Source: an uncultured Thermoplasmata archaeon (lineage in GTDB: Archaea; Thermoplasmatota; Thermoplasmata; Lutacidiplasmatales; UBA184). From it: a stretch of DNA of 64,000 nucleotides. Positions 38,144-50,700 of this stretch are shown here, piece after piece. Numbering within the stretch: the first letter of the stretch is position 1; every line of letters starts with the position of its first letter. The stretch is taken from contig CAVVLV010000001.1 in NCBI GenBank assembly GCA_963749235.1, forward strand, positions 410,989 to 474,988. Reading direction: 5' to 3'. Position numbers and translations under genes: made by a program. A model generated the notes under the pieces. It did not search any database, was not told the DNA's origin, and saw only the letters and a list, made by a program, of their open reading frames with translations.

Positions 38144-38773
38144 CTATCGGCCGGGGACCTCGCCCCAGAGCACCTTGTGCTCTTGGAGCATGACGCGAAC
38201 ATCCAGGCGGTCAGCGAGGACCCAATCGGCGAGTCGGCCCGCGTCGGTTCCCCATACCGGCTGGAAGACGATCGTGGCCGGACCCGAGTACTTTCGAACG
38301 ACGCGTCTCGCGTACAAGTAGTCCGCTCGATCGCTGACCACGAATTTCATCACGTCCCCCGACCGGAGGAGGGGGAGGTTGGCCCACCGGTTCTTCCCCT
38401 GCATCTTCGAGCTGGGACACTTCACGTCCACGCTCAGGATCACCCGAGGGAGATCCAGGTACGGAGTGACATCGAGCGACCCCCCGGTTTCGATCACGGT
38501 CGTGAGTCCCCGGTGGGAAATCTGGCGGACGAGGTCGACCGACTCCCGTTGGAGCAGCGGCTCCCCTCCGGTGAGGCAGACATACCGGGTGTGGTGCCGG
38601 GACACATCGCGGAGCAGCGACGGGATGGATCGCTCGCGGCCCGGCCCGAACGAGTACGCCGTGTCGCACCAAGCGCACCGGAGATTGCATCGAGCGGTCC
38701 GGATGAAGGTGGTGCGCACTCCGGAGAGGGGGCCCTCTCCCTGCACCGAGTGGAAGACCTCGATAATCCGCAC
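38144..38773 (-). CDS. queE: 7-carboxy-7-deazaguanine synthase (radical SAM)
   Basis: EVFHSVQGEG, CNLRCAWCDT, TGGEPLLQ, QEHKVLW. Confidence 0.93.
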   Translation of the reverse strand: MRIIEVFHSVQGEGPLSGVRTTFIRTARCNLRCAWCDTAYSFGPGRERSIPSLLRDVSRHHTRYVCLTGGEPLLQRESVDLVRQISHRGLTTVIETGGSLDVTPYLDLPRVILSVDVKCPSSKMQGKNRWANLPLLRSGDVMKFVVSDRADYLYARRVVRKYSGPATIVFQPVWGTDAGRLADWVLADRLDVRVMLQEHKVLWGEVPGR

Positions 38774-38880
38774 GAAAGTGCACTCTGGTCCGAACCACAT
38801 TAGGCTTCGGGCCCGGAGATTTCGGACCGTCGCGCTTCCCAAGAATCCCTCATATACGGTGGCCGGGTCGAACTCCCCCG

Positions 38881-41779
38881 ATGCCGCTCCCCGACGCTGC
38901 CCGATGGCCGGAGGCGTGGGCCGGCGCTGGGCTCGCGCGGGCTCACCGGATCCCCGGGCGACGCAAGTTCTTCGCGTTGGTCGCCTATCCGGGTCCGAGT
39001 GGCTTCCTCCACGTCGGTCACCTGCGCGGGTACGCGTACGCCGACGTGCTCCACCGATACCATCGCACGACCGGGGCCCAGGTCCTCTTCCCGTTCGGGG
39101 TACACGCCTCGGGTCTTCCGGCCGTGACGTGGGCCCATCGCGTCAAGGAGCGAGAGCCCGCCACAATGGCCCAGCTCGAGGAGCGCGGGGTGGATGCGGC
39201 GACCGTCGCCCGGATCGAGGACCCGGAGGAAGCCGCCCGGTTCCTCGGTCGGGAGTATCTCCGCGTACTCCGGCGCCTGGGCGTGCTCGTCGATGAGGCG
39301 ACCTTCGCGACGACGGTGGACGAGGATTACCGGGCGTTCATCCGTTGGCAGTTTCTTGCGCTGCGGGAGGCCGGGGCGCTCGTCCAGGGCACCTACTTCG
39401 CCTCGGTCTGTCCGGTCTGCGGCCCGGTCGCGGTCGATCCGTCGGAGACCGACCTGTCGTCCGGCGGCGACGCAGAAACGATCCGCTTCACTACGGTCCC
39501 GTTCCGCCTGGAGGACGGCCGGGTCCTTCTGGCGGCCACGTTGCGACCGGAGACGGTGTACGGCGTGACCAACCTCTGGCTCGCCCCGGAAGAACGGCTC
39601 GTGGCGTGGCATCACGCAGGCGGGACGTTCCTCCTGGCCCGGGCCGGGGCGGAACGGATGGTCGAACAGCATGGGGGCCACGTCGGTCACGAGATCGCTG
39701 CCTCGGAGCTCCTCGGCCGGGAGGTCCTGGTCCCGCTCCGCGACGTACGGGTGCCCATCCTCGAGAGCCCTCTGGTCGACCCGGTGGTGGGTTCCGGCGT
39801 GGTGATGTCGGTCCCGGCGCACGCGCCGGCGGACGCGGCGGCCCTCCGGGCGCTGCCCTCGGCCTCCCGTGCTCGGATCGGCGAACCCACCGTCCTCCTC
39901 GAGATCGGGCCGGAGGCTTTGAGCTCCTCCGAGAGTGAGCTCACTATCGGCGAGGGACTTCCCGCCGAGCGTGCGCTCCGGGCGGCCGGCGCCAAGGGGC
40001 TCGCCGACCGGGACGGTCTGGCCCAGGCGACCGAGCGCCTGTACCGACTTGAATTCCTCCACGGCCGCATGACGATCGCGGCGCTCGCTGGAGTTCCTGT
40101 CCGCGAGGCCCGGGACCGGGTGGCGGCCGTTCTGCGGGAGCAGGGAGCCGGGCTCGAGATGCAGGAGTTCTCGAAGCCGGTCGTCTGCCGCAACGGACAC
40201 TCGGTCGTAATCCGTCGAGTCCCCGACCAGTGGTTCCTCCACTACGGGGACCCCGAGTGGAAGGCGGCCACCCTTGCCGCGACGGCGAACCTGTTGACCG
40301 CTCCCCCTGAGTACGGTCGGGAGCTCCCGTCGATCCTGGATTGGTTCGCAGATCGACCTTGCACCCGCAAGGGTCCTTGGCTAGGGACGCCCTTCCCCCT
40401 CGACCCGGCCTGGACGATCGAGCCGATCGCGGACTCGACGTTCTACATGGCCTACTTCGTGGTCCGACGGTTCGTCTCGGCCGGTCGACTCCGATCCGAA
40501 CAGTTGACCCCTGCCTTCTTTGAATTCGTCTTCCGGGGTCGGGGGACGGGAGAGCCCACCGTCGACCGGGCCCTCCTGGAGGAGGTACGCTCCGAGTTCC
40601 TGTACTGGTATCCGCTCGACCTAAACATCGGTGGGAAGGAACACAAACGCGTCCACTTCCCGGTGTTTCTCTACACCCACGTCCGGTTGCTTCCACCCGA
40701 GCTCCAGCCGAAGGGGATCTTGGTGCACGGCTGGACGACGGGGCCCGCGGGCGTGAAGATCTCGAAGAAGGAGATCTCGGCCAAGGGCGGTCGAATCCCT
40801 CCGATCGACCAGGGGATGGACCGATGGGGGCCGGATGGCCTTCGCCTCTACTACATCACGTCGGCCTCACCGGCTCAAGATATCGAGTTCGACCCCACCA
40901 CCGTCGACGCCGCCACCCAGCGGGTCGACGACGTCGGACGGTTGGTCCGGGAGACGGTCGGAGACGGCCGGGGACCGCCGGAGCTCGATGCCTGGTTGAT
41001 CTCCCGTACCCACGACTGGGTCCGACGCCGCCCGGGAGGCGTTCGAGGGGATGGACCTCCGGAGGGCCGCGGAGATCGTCTACGTGGAGGTCCCCGCGCT
41101 CGTCCGCCGGTACTACGCTCGCGGTGGGGCCGCGGGGGCCGCCACCGACCGGGTGGGGCGGTCGTGGATCCGCTTCCTCGGGCCCATCACCCCCTTCCTC
41201 GCCGAGGAGCTCGGCGCGGGGCGGGAGAGCGCCCTGGTTGCCTCCCTCCCTTTGCCAACGCCCGACGCATTTGTCGAATCTCCCGAAGCGGAGGCCCGGG
41301 AAACCTTCCTGGACCGGGTGGAGGAGGACCTTCGGGCCGTGCTGCGAGCCGCCGAGGGGCGGGGCGGCGCCCCGCCCGAGGAGGTCATCTTCTACGTCGC
41401 GGCACCCTGGAAGGCGACGGTCGAGAGCTGGCTCCGGGAGGAGGGAGACCGACGCGAGCCGGTGGGGGTGCGCGAGATCATGGCGCGGACGAGCTCCCAT
41501 CCCGAACTGGCCGCCCATCGGGCCGAGATCCCCCGGTACGTGGAGCGCGTCGGGTCACTGCTGCGGTCCGAGGAGGCCGTCCCGCCGTCCGGCTTGGACG
41601 AGGTCACGACGCTCCGGTCTTCGGAGGCTTACCTTACTCGACGGTTCGGCTTCCGTTCTGTGGCGGTCTACACCGAGTCCGAGGCGGCGCCCCATGATCC
41701 CAAAGGACGACGCGAACGTGCCCGACCGGGGCGGCCCGCGTTCTATCTGGTCGGTGGGAACCCGCCTACGACTGGGTGA
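38881..41779 (+). CDS. leuS: Leucine--tRNA ligase, archaeal type (frameshift near 41030)
   Basis: HVGH, GSGVVMSVPAHAPAD editing motif, EPIADSTFYMAY, EFLYWYPLD, KISKK, ARPGRPAFY. Confidence 0.95.
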
Positions 41780-41798
41780 CGCGGCGCACCGGCCCCGA

Positions 41799-42360
41799 TC
41801 AGCGCAACGGACGCCGGGCTCGCTTCGGGAAATTCAGGTACATCCGCGACGGGGTCGGGTGCGAAGAAACGCGTCGGTACTTCGCGGAGCTCTTGTCGGA
41901 GTAGCTCCGTCGGATCGGTCCCGAGATCTCGAAATAGATCAGCTGGCCGACCGGCATCTTCGCGTAGATCCGGACCGGCACCTTGACGCTCATCTCGAGC
42001 GTCCAGTAGTTGCAGAACCCCTCGTCCCCCTTTCCGGCGGTCGAGTGGATATCGATACCAAGCCGCCCGACGCTCGACTTCCCCTCGAGGAACGGGACGA
42101 ACCCGTGCGTTTCCGTGTACTCTTCGGTTACGCCCAGGTAGAGTTGCGCCGGGGATGAGCACGAAGCCGCTCGGGGGGATCCGGAATTCCCGCACCGGAT
42201 TCGCACGCTTCGCGTCGAGGGCCCCGGAGCGGTAGACGGACAGGTACGGTCCCAGGTGAACATCGTACGAGTTCGTCCCCAAGCAGTCGGCCCGGAACGG
42301 TCGGATGACGATCCGGCCCCGGTCCATCTCTTCGCGGATCTTCGCGTCCGAGAGGATCAT
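41799..42360 (-). CDS. dcd: dCTP deaminase (frameshift near 42152)
   Basis: MILSD, NSYDVHLG, EGKSSVGRLGI, TAG.GD.GF...WTLE. Confidence 0.93.
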
Positions 42361-42388
42361 GCGGACCGGGGGGCGCGACCCGGCCGCG

Positions 42389-43253
42389 CTATTTAACGGA
42401 GGGCGGGAGCGGCGTCGCGCTTTCGAGCAACAACGACGCGTACCCCACCACGTCCCGCATCGGGGTCGCCTCCCCCGAGTGGCCCCAACGGAGTAGCCGG
42501 ACCGAAAGCGGTTCGTCGGCGAGAGCGGCGAGCAGTCACGGTCGTGGGGGCGATCCCGCACATGGAGATCTCCTGCTCCGTCACGGTGTCGTAGAGTCCG
42601 CGCGCGTCGCGCGCCCGAATCCGGTCGATCGCCAGCGCGTCCAGCCGTCGGGCCGTCGCCGCGGGAACGTAGTGGGAGAAGTCCGTCGACGCGAGGAGCA
42701 GTACGTCGCGGTCCGTGACCGCGGCTCGGACGACCCGGGCGACCTCTTCGAGGCGGGCGAACGAATCGAACCCGACCTCGAGCGCCACGAACCGGGGGTG
42801 CGGGAGCACGTACTCGAGGAACGGGAGCTGGATCTCGATCGAGTGCTCCCGAGCGTGGGCGGCCTCATCGACCTCCAGCGGAGGATGGTCGAGGGCTCCC
42901 CGGAGGGTTGGGTCGCATGCGGTCGGGCCGAGCGGGGTCTTCCAATCCCGAGCGGAGAGCGCGGCCCCGCGGCTCGCCCCGTAGTGGTCCACGCCCAGGA
43001 TCAGGACCGATTCCGGCGGTCGTTCGCCGGCGATCGCGTAGTAGGCGAGGGCCGCGATGGGTCCGGAATACTCATACCCCGCATGCGGGACGACCCCCGC
43101 CCGGATGTGCCGCGTCGGGGCCCGTTGGCGGGACGGCAGGTCACCGGGGCCGCGGTCGGAACGGAAACACCCCTCGAGCTGATGGGCCAAGTCGGCCCCG
43201 TCCTCCTCATAGAACTGTCCGGCGAAGGCGGGGAGACGGAGCTTGGTCGACAC
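42389..43253 (-). CDS. MEMO1 family protein (frameshift near 42536)
   Basis: RLPAFAGQFY, PHAGYEYSG, EHSIEIQLPFL, ASTDFSHY, SMCG, corrected C-terminus VVGYAS. Confidence 0.92.
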
Positions 43254-43259
43254 GGTCCC

Positions 43260-43685
43260 CTACGGCGGCCGAAGCAATGCCACGACCGGCTCGGCGTCGG
43301 ATTTCTCGAGAGGTACGCGCGAACGGGGGTGGAAGGGGTTGGCCTCCCCGTACCGCGGGATCACATGGAAATGGACGTGGAAGACAATCTGGCCGGCGGG
43401 CGCGCCGGCGTTCAGCGCGACGTTGTAGTCGGGGGCGAGTCGCCCGACCCGCCGGCACATCCGGTCCAGGGTCCGGATGAGCGAGAACTGCTGCGCCTCG
43501 GGAAGGTCGGTGAGCCGCTCGCCGTGATGTTTCGGGATGACGAGGAAGTGGCCCCGCGTGAACGGGAAGATGTCAAGGAAGGCCATGGTCGTGGCGTCCT
43601 CATACAGCAGGTAGGACGGAGCCCGGCCGGCGATGATCTCGCAGAATACGCAGGCGGGTCGCTCCGACGCGCCAGGAGAGGGCAT
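43260..43685 (-). CDS. HIT family hydrolase
   Basis: CVFCEII, AFLDIFP, GQIVFHVHFHVIPR. Confidence 0.95.
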   Translation of the reverse strand: MPSPGASERPACVFCEIIAGRAPSYLLYEDATTMAFLDIFPFTRGHFLVIPKHHGERLTDLPEAQQFSLIRTLDRMCRRVGRLAPDYNVALNAGAPAGQIVFHVHFHVIPRYGEANPFHPRSRVPLEKSDAEPVVALLRPP

Positions 43686-43784
43686 CGAGGAAGCGAACCG
43701 CCCCGGCGTCCTAAAGGGTTGCCTCGCCCGGATCATTCCGGGGTGGGGCGAGCCTCATTAGGGGTGCCCCGCTAGTCTTCCACC

Positions 43785-46112
43785 ATGCGCCTTCCCACCG
43801 CCGCGAGCGTGCTCTTCGTGACCGTGGTCCTGCTCCTCCTGACCCCCGTCGGGTCCGTGGGGAGCCCGATGCCCCGGGCGGCCCCGGCCCCGGCGCCCGC
43901 GCTCACGACGGACGCGCTGCCGCTTCCCGCCGGTGCCCCTTCCGCGCCGCTCGCCGCCGACGTGTCGGTCGGGATCACCCTGACCCTGCCCTTCTCCCAT
44001 TCCGCCCAGCTGGCCACCTTCCTCTCGGCGGTCGAGGATCCCGCCGCCGCGGAGTATCGTCAGTTCCTCTCCGCCCCCGAATTCCGCGCCGAATTCGACC
44101 CGAGCTCCGCGACGGTCGCGGCGGTCTCCGAGGAATTGCTCTCCCAAGGAGCGACCCAACTTTCGGTCGGGCCGGACCGGGCGACCGTCAGCGCGGTCCT
44201 ACCGGCCGGCGCGGTCGATTCGCTGTTCGGAGTCCAACTTCGGGTCTTCGGCGTCCACGACGGGACCCCGATATACACCGCGGTCGGCACGGCTTCCCTG
44301 CCTTCCGGGCTGGCGGGTATCGTCTCGGGGATCGGCGGCCTCACCGACGCTGCCAACCTCGCCGTCAGCCTCGAAATGACGCAGTCGCTGCCTCGTCCCT
44401 TCCCCGTTCGGGACCCGGGCGCGTTCGTCGATTCGAACACCTCGCAGCAGTGGTTCGTCGGGTCGGACTACACGCAAGCGTACGGGGCGAGCGAGCTCCT
44501 TCCCGGAGGTTCGCTGGGGGTGAAAGCGACGTACCCGACCCACGTCGCGATCGCGACCCTCCTGTTCAGCTCCTGGAACCAGTCGTCGAACACGAACCTG
44601 CCGCCGTGGGACCCGAACGTCGTCTACACGTACTTCAACAACACGTCCGCGCCGGGGTGGCCCCACCCGCACCTGGTCGGCGTACCGGTCACCATCAACG
44701 GGGTGACCGCCCCGTTGCCGGCCTCGCTCGGAGCGGTGAACGATTCGTCGGGGGCGGAGTTCGAAAACTCCCTGGACCTCGAGATGGCCGAGGACCTCGC
44801 CCCCGGGGCCTCCATCTTCAACTTCTACGTTCCGGGGACGACGGTGCAGGCCGGGGCCCTCACGGACGTGGCGGACGACCTTTCGGAGGCGCTCTCGGCC
44901 GCGCTCAATTACCCCTATTCCAACCTCACGCTCGGCGTCGTGAGCGGCTCGTTCGGGCTGCCGGACCTGAACGACACGGCATGGAACTCGGCGCTCCAAG
45001 AAGCGGCCGCCACGGGCGTGACGGTCGCGATCGCGAGCGGCGACCAGGGGGACGCTCCCAACGCCGTCTCCGGGCGGTCCGCGGGACCGTGGCCGACCTG
45101 GCCGGCGACCGCTGCCTTCCAGACGAGCGGGGTCCTATCGGTCGGGGGAGTCTCGATCTCGATCCACGGCACCCCGACGGCCATCTACAACGGGAACGAA
45201 CTCAACGTCACCTACGATTCCAACGAGACCGGTATTTCGGGGATGGTCGCCTGGTGGAACGACCAGGGACCTCAGGGAGGCTGGGCGGGGTCGGAAGGGG
45301 GCCTCAGCACGGTGATCCCGGAGCCGGCCTGGCAGTTCGATTCCGCGGCCCAACCCGCGATCGCTGCCGCCGGGAATCTCCAAGGAACGGGGTTCCTCGG
45401 CCGCGCCGGACCGGACCTCGCGTTCCCCGCGAACGCCACGCTCGCCTATGTCTACGCGGACGCGCAGGAGAACCTGTACTTTGACGTCCTCGCCGGGACC
45501 AGCGTGTCGGCGCCGCTCTTCGCCGGGTTCCTGGCCGACGAGATCGCCGTAAGCGGCCATTCGTTCGGCTACCTGGACCCCGAACTGTACCGGATGGGGA
45601 GCTTCTTCGCGAACACTTCCCTCTCCTCCGACCCCTTCCTGGATGTCACGGTCGGCAACAACTACGTCTTTTCCGCGGGACCTGGCTGGGACGCGACGAC
45701 CGGCTGGGGCGGGCTCGCCGCCCCGCTCCTTTTCGCCGCGCTCGCGAATTCGACCGTCGACAACTACACCTACACGGGTCCCACGCCCGGCCTGGGCACT
45801 CCGTCCAGCTCGTCCAACCAGTTCCCATGGGTGGCGGTCGTACTCATCGTCGTCCTCGGGATCGCGTCCGCGGTGGCGCTGGCGATCGCCTTCGGCCGTC
45901 CGCGCCGGTCGGGGCCGGCGGCACCCCCGTCGGCCGTATGGGGCCCCCCACCCGGTTACGCGATGCCGTCATCGGGGCCTCGCGACCTCTACGGGATGCC
46001 CCCTCCGACGGGAATGCCGCTGCCTGCGTCCGGAGCGACCTTCCTCTGCCCGTACTGCGGCGCTCCGCGCCCGGCGGAGCCGGTGCGGTGCCCGCGCTGC
46101 GGCGCATTGTGA
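43785..46112 (+). CDS. Membrane-anchored S53 (sedolisin/kumamolisin) peptidase with prodomain and C-terminal zinc ribbon
   Basis: Signal peptide, YRQFLS..EF prodomain, ENSLDLE, ASGDQG, AGTSVSAP, GWDATTGWG, TM helix, CPYC..CPRC. Confidence 0.92.
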   Translation: MRLPTAASVLFVTVVLLLLTPVGSVGSPMPRAAPAPAPALTTDALPLPAGAPSAPLAADVSVGITLTLPFSHSAQLATFLSAVEDPAAAEYRQFLSAPEFRAEFDPSSATVAAVSEELLSQGATQLSVGPDRATVSAVLPAGAVDSLFGVQLRVFGVHDGTPIYTAVGTASLPSGLAGIVSGIGGLTDAANLAVSLEMTQSLPRPFPVRDPGAFVDSNTSQQWFVGSDYTQAYGASELLPGGSLGVKATYPTHVAIATLLFSSWNQSSNTNLPPWDPNVVYTYFNNTSAPGWPHPHLVGVPVTINGVTAPLPASLGAVNDSSGAEFENSLDLEMAEDLAPGASIFNFYVPGTTVQAGALTDVADDLSEALSAALNYPYSNLTLGVVSGSFGLPDLNDTAWNSALQEAAATGVTVAIASGDQGDAPNAVSGRSAGPWPTWPATAAFQTSGVLSVGGVSISIHGTPTAIYNGNELNVTYDSNETGISGMVAWWNDQGPQGGWAGSEGGLSTVIPEPAWQFDSAAQPAIAAAGNLQGTGFLGRAGPDLAFPANATLAYVYADAQENLYFDVLAGTSVSAPLFAGFLADEIAVSGHSFGYLDPELYRMGSFFANTSLSSDPFLDVTVGNNYVFSAGPGWDATTGWGGLAAPLLFAALANSTVDNYTYTGPTPGLGTPSSSSNQFPWVAVVLIVVLGIASAVALAIAFGRPRRSGPAAPPSAVWGPPPGYAMPSSGPRDLYGMPPPTGMPLPASGATFLCPYCGAPRPAEPVRCPRCGAL

Positions 46113-46149
46113 TCGGGACGTCCGCTCCGGACCCGTCGACCGCGGCCCG

Positions 46150-46785
46150 TTAGGGGGCCGGGGGCGCGACCTCGAGGGTCGGCTCCGTCGGTTCGGGCGA
46201 CTCGGGGCCGGGAGCGTCGGGGCCCGAGGAAGCGGTCGCCTCAGGTGGGGCGGTGGCGACCGGCGCCGGCGGGACGCCGAGCTTCTGCTCCAGGAACCGG
46301 CGGATCTCCTCCGGTCGCGTCGAGGCGATGCCGAAGTACTCGGCGAAGCGCTTGGTCGTCGTGAGCTCGAGCGTGGAACCTTTGGGATCGGTCTTGACGA
46401 GCCCGATCCCGCGGAGGTGCTGGACCTCCTCGTAGGCCACGTCGCCGAGCATCCGGACGAGGTGGCTCTGGAGGATCGGCTGGTGGTAGGCGATGAGCGT
46501 GAGGGCCTTCACGGTCCGGGGCGCCATCTCGACGGGCGTCACCGCGTGGACCGCGGGCACGTACGATTCCTGGAGCTGGAGCGCGTAGCGGTCGCCGACC
46601 CGGCGAACCTCGAGCGCGGACTGGCGGTGCTCGTACGTCTGTTCGAGCGTGCGGACCGCCTTCTGGACGGGGCGGTAGTCGGCGAGCGCGAGCGCGTCGG
46701 TCAGCTCCTTCACGCTCATCGGTTTCCCTGCGGCGAACAGGACGGCCTCGATCTGGAAGACGAGCTCATCGAGCTTGGACGGCAT
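46150..46785 (-). CDS. scpB: SMC-Scp complex subunit ScpB
   Basis: IEAVLFAAGKP, TLIAYHQPI.QS.LV, TTKRFAEYFG. Confidence 0.93.
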   Translation of the reverse strand: MPSKLDELVFQIEAVLFAAGKPMSVKELTDALALADYRPVQKAVRTLEQTYEHRQSALEVRRVGDRYALQLQESYVPAVHAVTPVEMAPRTVKALTLIAYHQPILQSHLVRMLGDVAYEEVQHLRGIGLVKTDPKGSTLELTTTKRFAEYFGIASTRPEEIRRFLEQKLGVPPAPVATAPPEATASSGPDAPGPESPEPTEPTLEVAPPAP

Positions 46786-47753
46786 GCATTCCCTCCTTCT
46801 CCACGACCGCGACCCGGGTCTCGGCGGTCCGGACCACCAGGACCGGCGACTGTCCCAGGACCTCCTGACGGAGCTCCACGGAACGCTCCCGGGCGAGGAA
46901 GAGGAGTGCGAGGAAGATGGCGACGAGCCGGTCCCGACCCGAGAGCGGGCTCCAGAGCTCGAGCATCGGGAACTCGGTGCCGACCGGGTGGTGGCAAGCG
47001 GCTTCCCAGGTGTCCAAGAGGTCGTGTTCCGGGATGTCGCCGTGGACGAGCACCTCGGGGGGAGCACGCTGCTCCTCGCGGAGCCGCTCGCGGAGCTCCT
47101 CGACGCGGAGACTCCGTCGTGCATCGGCCTCGGCCTCGCCGAACGCCCGGACCAGCTCCAGGAGCGAGACCGGTCGGGTCTCGGGGTGCCGCACCATCTC
47201 GAGGAGGGGGGGCGGGCTGGCCGAACCGAGAACGCTCGGTCGTCACGTCGACGGCTTCCGGGGTCGTGAGCAGGGGGAGGTATCCTTCGTCCTGGACGTC
47301 GGACGCCATGAGCTCCGGGCTCCCATCCGGGTTGGGCTCGGGGAGGTCCCGGGTCTTCAAGACCGCCTCGGATTGCAAGTAGAGGATGTTCCACGCCATG
47401 TAGACGAGCCGTCCGGCGATCGCGAAGTTCAGGTCGCCGTCCTCGCGGACTCGGTCGAGGTACGACTGGGTGAACTTCACGAGGTCGATCTCCCAGGGGT
47501 CGAACTCCTCGTCCATGACGAGCTCGAACAGGAGCGCGGTCGCCCGCTGGAAGGGGTCGGGGATCACCAGGTGGACGCCCTCCTTCAGGCTCTGGACCAA
47601 CGTGAGGTACCGTTCGAGGACCGGGGCCGCGTCCTCGTTCTCCCCCAGGAGGGAGCGATGGAAGACCAGGTACCGCAGCACCTTCTCCGCGGTCTCCCGC
47701 GGAATGCCGTTCGGCCCGATGAGGTCGGTCGCCTCGGTCGTAGCGAGGCTCAT
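46766..47753 (-). CDS. scpA: Kleisin ScpA (frameshift(s) near 47230)
   Basis: FDPWEIDLVKF, RPVSLLELVRAF, IFLALLFLA; located between smc and scpB. Confidence 0.9.
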
Positions 47754-50700
47754 CGTGCCTCGAGCGGGGTGTTGGGGGGAAGCGCGTCGGCCGTGCGGGC
47801 CCCTTCGCGCGCTTCCACGTCGTGGATGTCGTCCAGGTGGATCCCGATGACGCGGGAGCAGCCGTCGCCGCGCATCGTTACGCCGAACAGGTGGTGGGCG
47901 AACTTGAGCGTCACTTTGCGCAAGGAGATCACGATGAACTGGGCCCGCTCGGCATTCCGCCGAAGCAGGCGGCCCACGTACTCGGCGTTGAGCCCGTCCA
48001 AGGACATGTCGACCTCGTCAAAGACGTAGAGCGGGCTCGGGTCGTACCGCTGGAGCGAGAAGATGAACGCGAGGCTCGCGAGCGACTTCTCCCCGCCCGA
48101 CAGTTGTTCGAGCCGCGCTACCGTCTTTCCGACGGGACGCGCCTTGATCAGGAGTCCACCGGCGAGGGGGTCGTCCGGGTTCTCGAGGGCGATCTCGCCC
48201 TCGCCACCGGCGCTGAGTTCCCCGTAGATCTCCTTGAAGTTCGTGTTGACCTGGACGACGACCTCGGCGATCTTGAGGCGCTTCTTCTTCTCGATCTCGC
48301 CCACGAGGGCGACCAGCTCGGCCTTCTCCGAAGTGAGCCGGGTGGCTTCGGTCCCGAACTCATCCAAGCGCGCCTTCTCGGCGTCGAACTCCTCGACCGC
48401 ACGGAGGTTCACGGCTCCCAACCCCTCGAGTTGCTGGGTGAGCGTCGCGATCTTCCGTTTCAACTCATCCAACGGGACCGGCTTTTCGTCGGCCTCGGGC
48501 TCAGGGAATTCCCGGAGCGCCTCCTGGAGTTCGTTGTACTTGGCCTCGGCCTGGGCGAGTCGGGTCTCCTCCTGGACGACCAGTCCCTGACGGGTCGTGA
48601 GGTTGGCCTGGACCTCGCCGAGCTTTCCCGTGACGTCCAGGCGCTCGGTCTCGAGCGTCCGCTTCTTGTCCGCGAGGACCTTCTGGGTCTCGCTCTGCTT
48701 CGACTCGACCGACTTCAGCGCATCGAGGGCGGCCCGCGCGTCGCGGGCGTCCTTCTCGGACTTCAGGATCTCCTTCTTCTTCGCTGCCAGCTCCGCCTCG
48801 ACCTTGTCGAGCTCGGTCCGGTGGGTGGCGAGGTTCGCGATCAGGGCGGTCAGGGAGGCGCGGGTCGATTCGAGCTCCCCGTTCGCCTTCATCCGCTCGT
48901 CCGCCGTCTTCTGGGCGGACTCCTGGAGGGCGCGCAGGCGGGTCGAGATCGCCTCGGGAAGTTGGCCGAGGTATTCCTCCTGGGCCTTCGCGATCCGCTC
49001 CTTCAGTTGGGCGAGCGAGGCCGCCAATTTTTGAACGGAAGTTTCCGCCGCGGTGAGGGTGAGGGTCGCCTGTTGGGCCTCCTTCTCCGCGGTCGTGATG
49101 CGGGCCCGGGCCGCGCCGAGTTTCTCGCGGGCTGATGTCAGGTCGCCGTCCAGCATCTTACGGGTGGATTGGTGCGCCTGGTCCTGGATCGACCGGGTGG
49201 CGAGTTCCTGGGCGACCACCCGAAGGCGGTCGCTCGTCTTCTGGAGCTCGATGCGCGCCGCGGACTCGGCCTCGCTCTTTTCGCGAAGCTCGTCCCCGAG
49301 CCGCCTCAATTCGACCGCACTGTCGGCGCCCCGGCCCTGGCTGGAGGGGTCGAGGTAGCCGCCCGAAATGGCCCCGGTCGCTTCGATGAGGTCCCCCGTC
49401 AGGGTGACGAGCCGGACTCCGCCCATCTGGGCCCGAGCCTGGGCGAGGTCGCCCATGACGACCGTCTCGCCGAAGACGTACCAGAAGGCGGCCCGCAGCG
49501 ATTCATCAAAGTGGACCAGGTCGACCGCGAACCCTTGGGCTCCGGTGGCCTTGGCCACGACCAGGGACTTCCCGTGGGGGCGGCCTGGGAGCATCTTGTT
49601 GAGGGGGAGGAACGTCGCCCGGCCGCGCTTCTCCTGGCGGAGGAGCTGGATGCACTGTTCGGCGACCTGGTCGCTCTCGACGACCAGGGCCTGGAATCGG
49701 TTGCCTCCCGCCATCTGGAGGGCCGTCTTGTGCTTCGGGTCATACTGGGCGAGCTCTTCGACCGTGCCCCGGATGCCGCCGATCTTGCCCAGATTCCGTT
49801 GGGAGAGGAGATAGTCGACGGCCGCGAGCTGGTTCGGCCGGCCGCCGGCCTCGGAGCGCGCCTTGAGCCGGGCGTCCAGCTGGACGTACCGACGGTTGAG
49901 CTCGCCGACTTCACGCTCGAGACGGTCGGCCTCGGCGGTGAGAGCTTGCTCCTGGGCCTTGAGCGAGTGAAGTTCCTTCTGAAGGTCCCCCGAGCTCCCG
50001 GATTCGGACGATCCCTTCCCCGGGGCGGTCTCCTTCATCCGAAGCTCGAGGTCCTTGACCTCGACCTCCCGTTCCCGGAGCTCGTCCTCCGACTGGGCCT
50101 GGACCTGTTCGGCCGTGTGGAGGGCGGCGCTCGACGCCTCCCGACGCTGGACCGCGTCCTGCCAGGATTTCTGCTGGGCGTCGACCTGTCGCTGGAGCTC
50201 GAGTTGGGACTTGCGGGCTTCGGCGAGCCGGTCGGGCCCCTTCCCCTTCGGGGTCGCGGCGCCCTGGATCTCCCGGGTCTGCCGGTCGGCCTCCGCCTGG
50301 AGGCCCTCGAGCTTCTTCGAGAGCGTCTTCTCGGTGGATTCGAACGTCTCCTTCTGGGTCTCGTCCGACCCGACCGCGGCGGCGAGCTCTTCGAGCCGGG
50401 CCGTAAGCGCGTCGCACGCCTCCCGAAGGTGGGACAAGTTCTGGTCGAGCCGGGCGAAGGCGATCTTCTTCCCGTCCAGTTCCTCCTTGAATTTCACGGC
50501 GGCCGCGCCGCCGGCTTCCGCGACCTCGCGGTCGACCGAATCGATCGCGGTCGCGAGCTCCTTCTGGCGAGTATCGAGCTTCGTCCGTTCGGACTGGAGG
50601 CGGTCGATCTCGGCCCGGGCGGCCTCGACCTGCTTCCGGCAGGTGGTCAGCTCCTGTTCGGCGAGCCGGTGACCGGCCCGCGCGAGGCGAGCCTCGGTCC

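Noticed and set aside
14136..47753. Pseudogenes or programmed frameshifting in gatE, leuS, egsA, dcd and scpA
   Set aside because: These are essential or conserved genes with intact motifs and no common slippery site; sequencing error is more parsimonious
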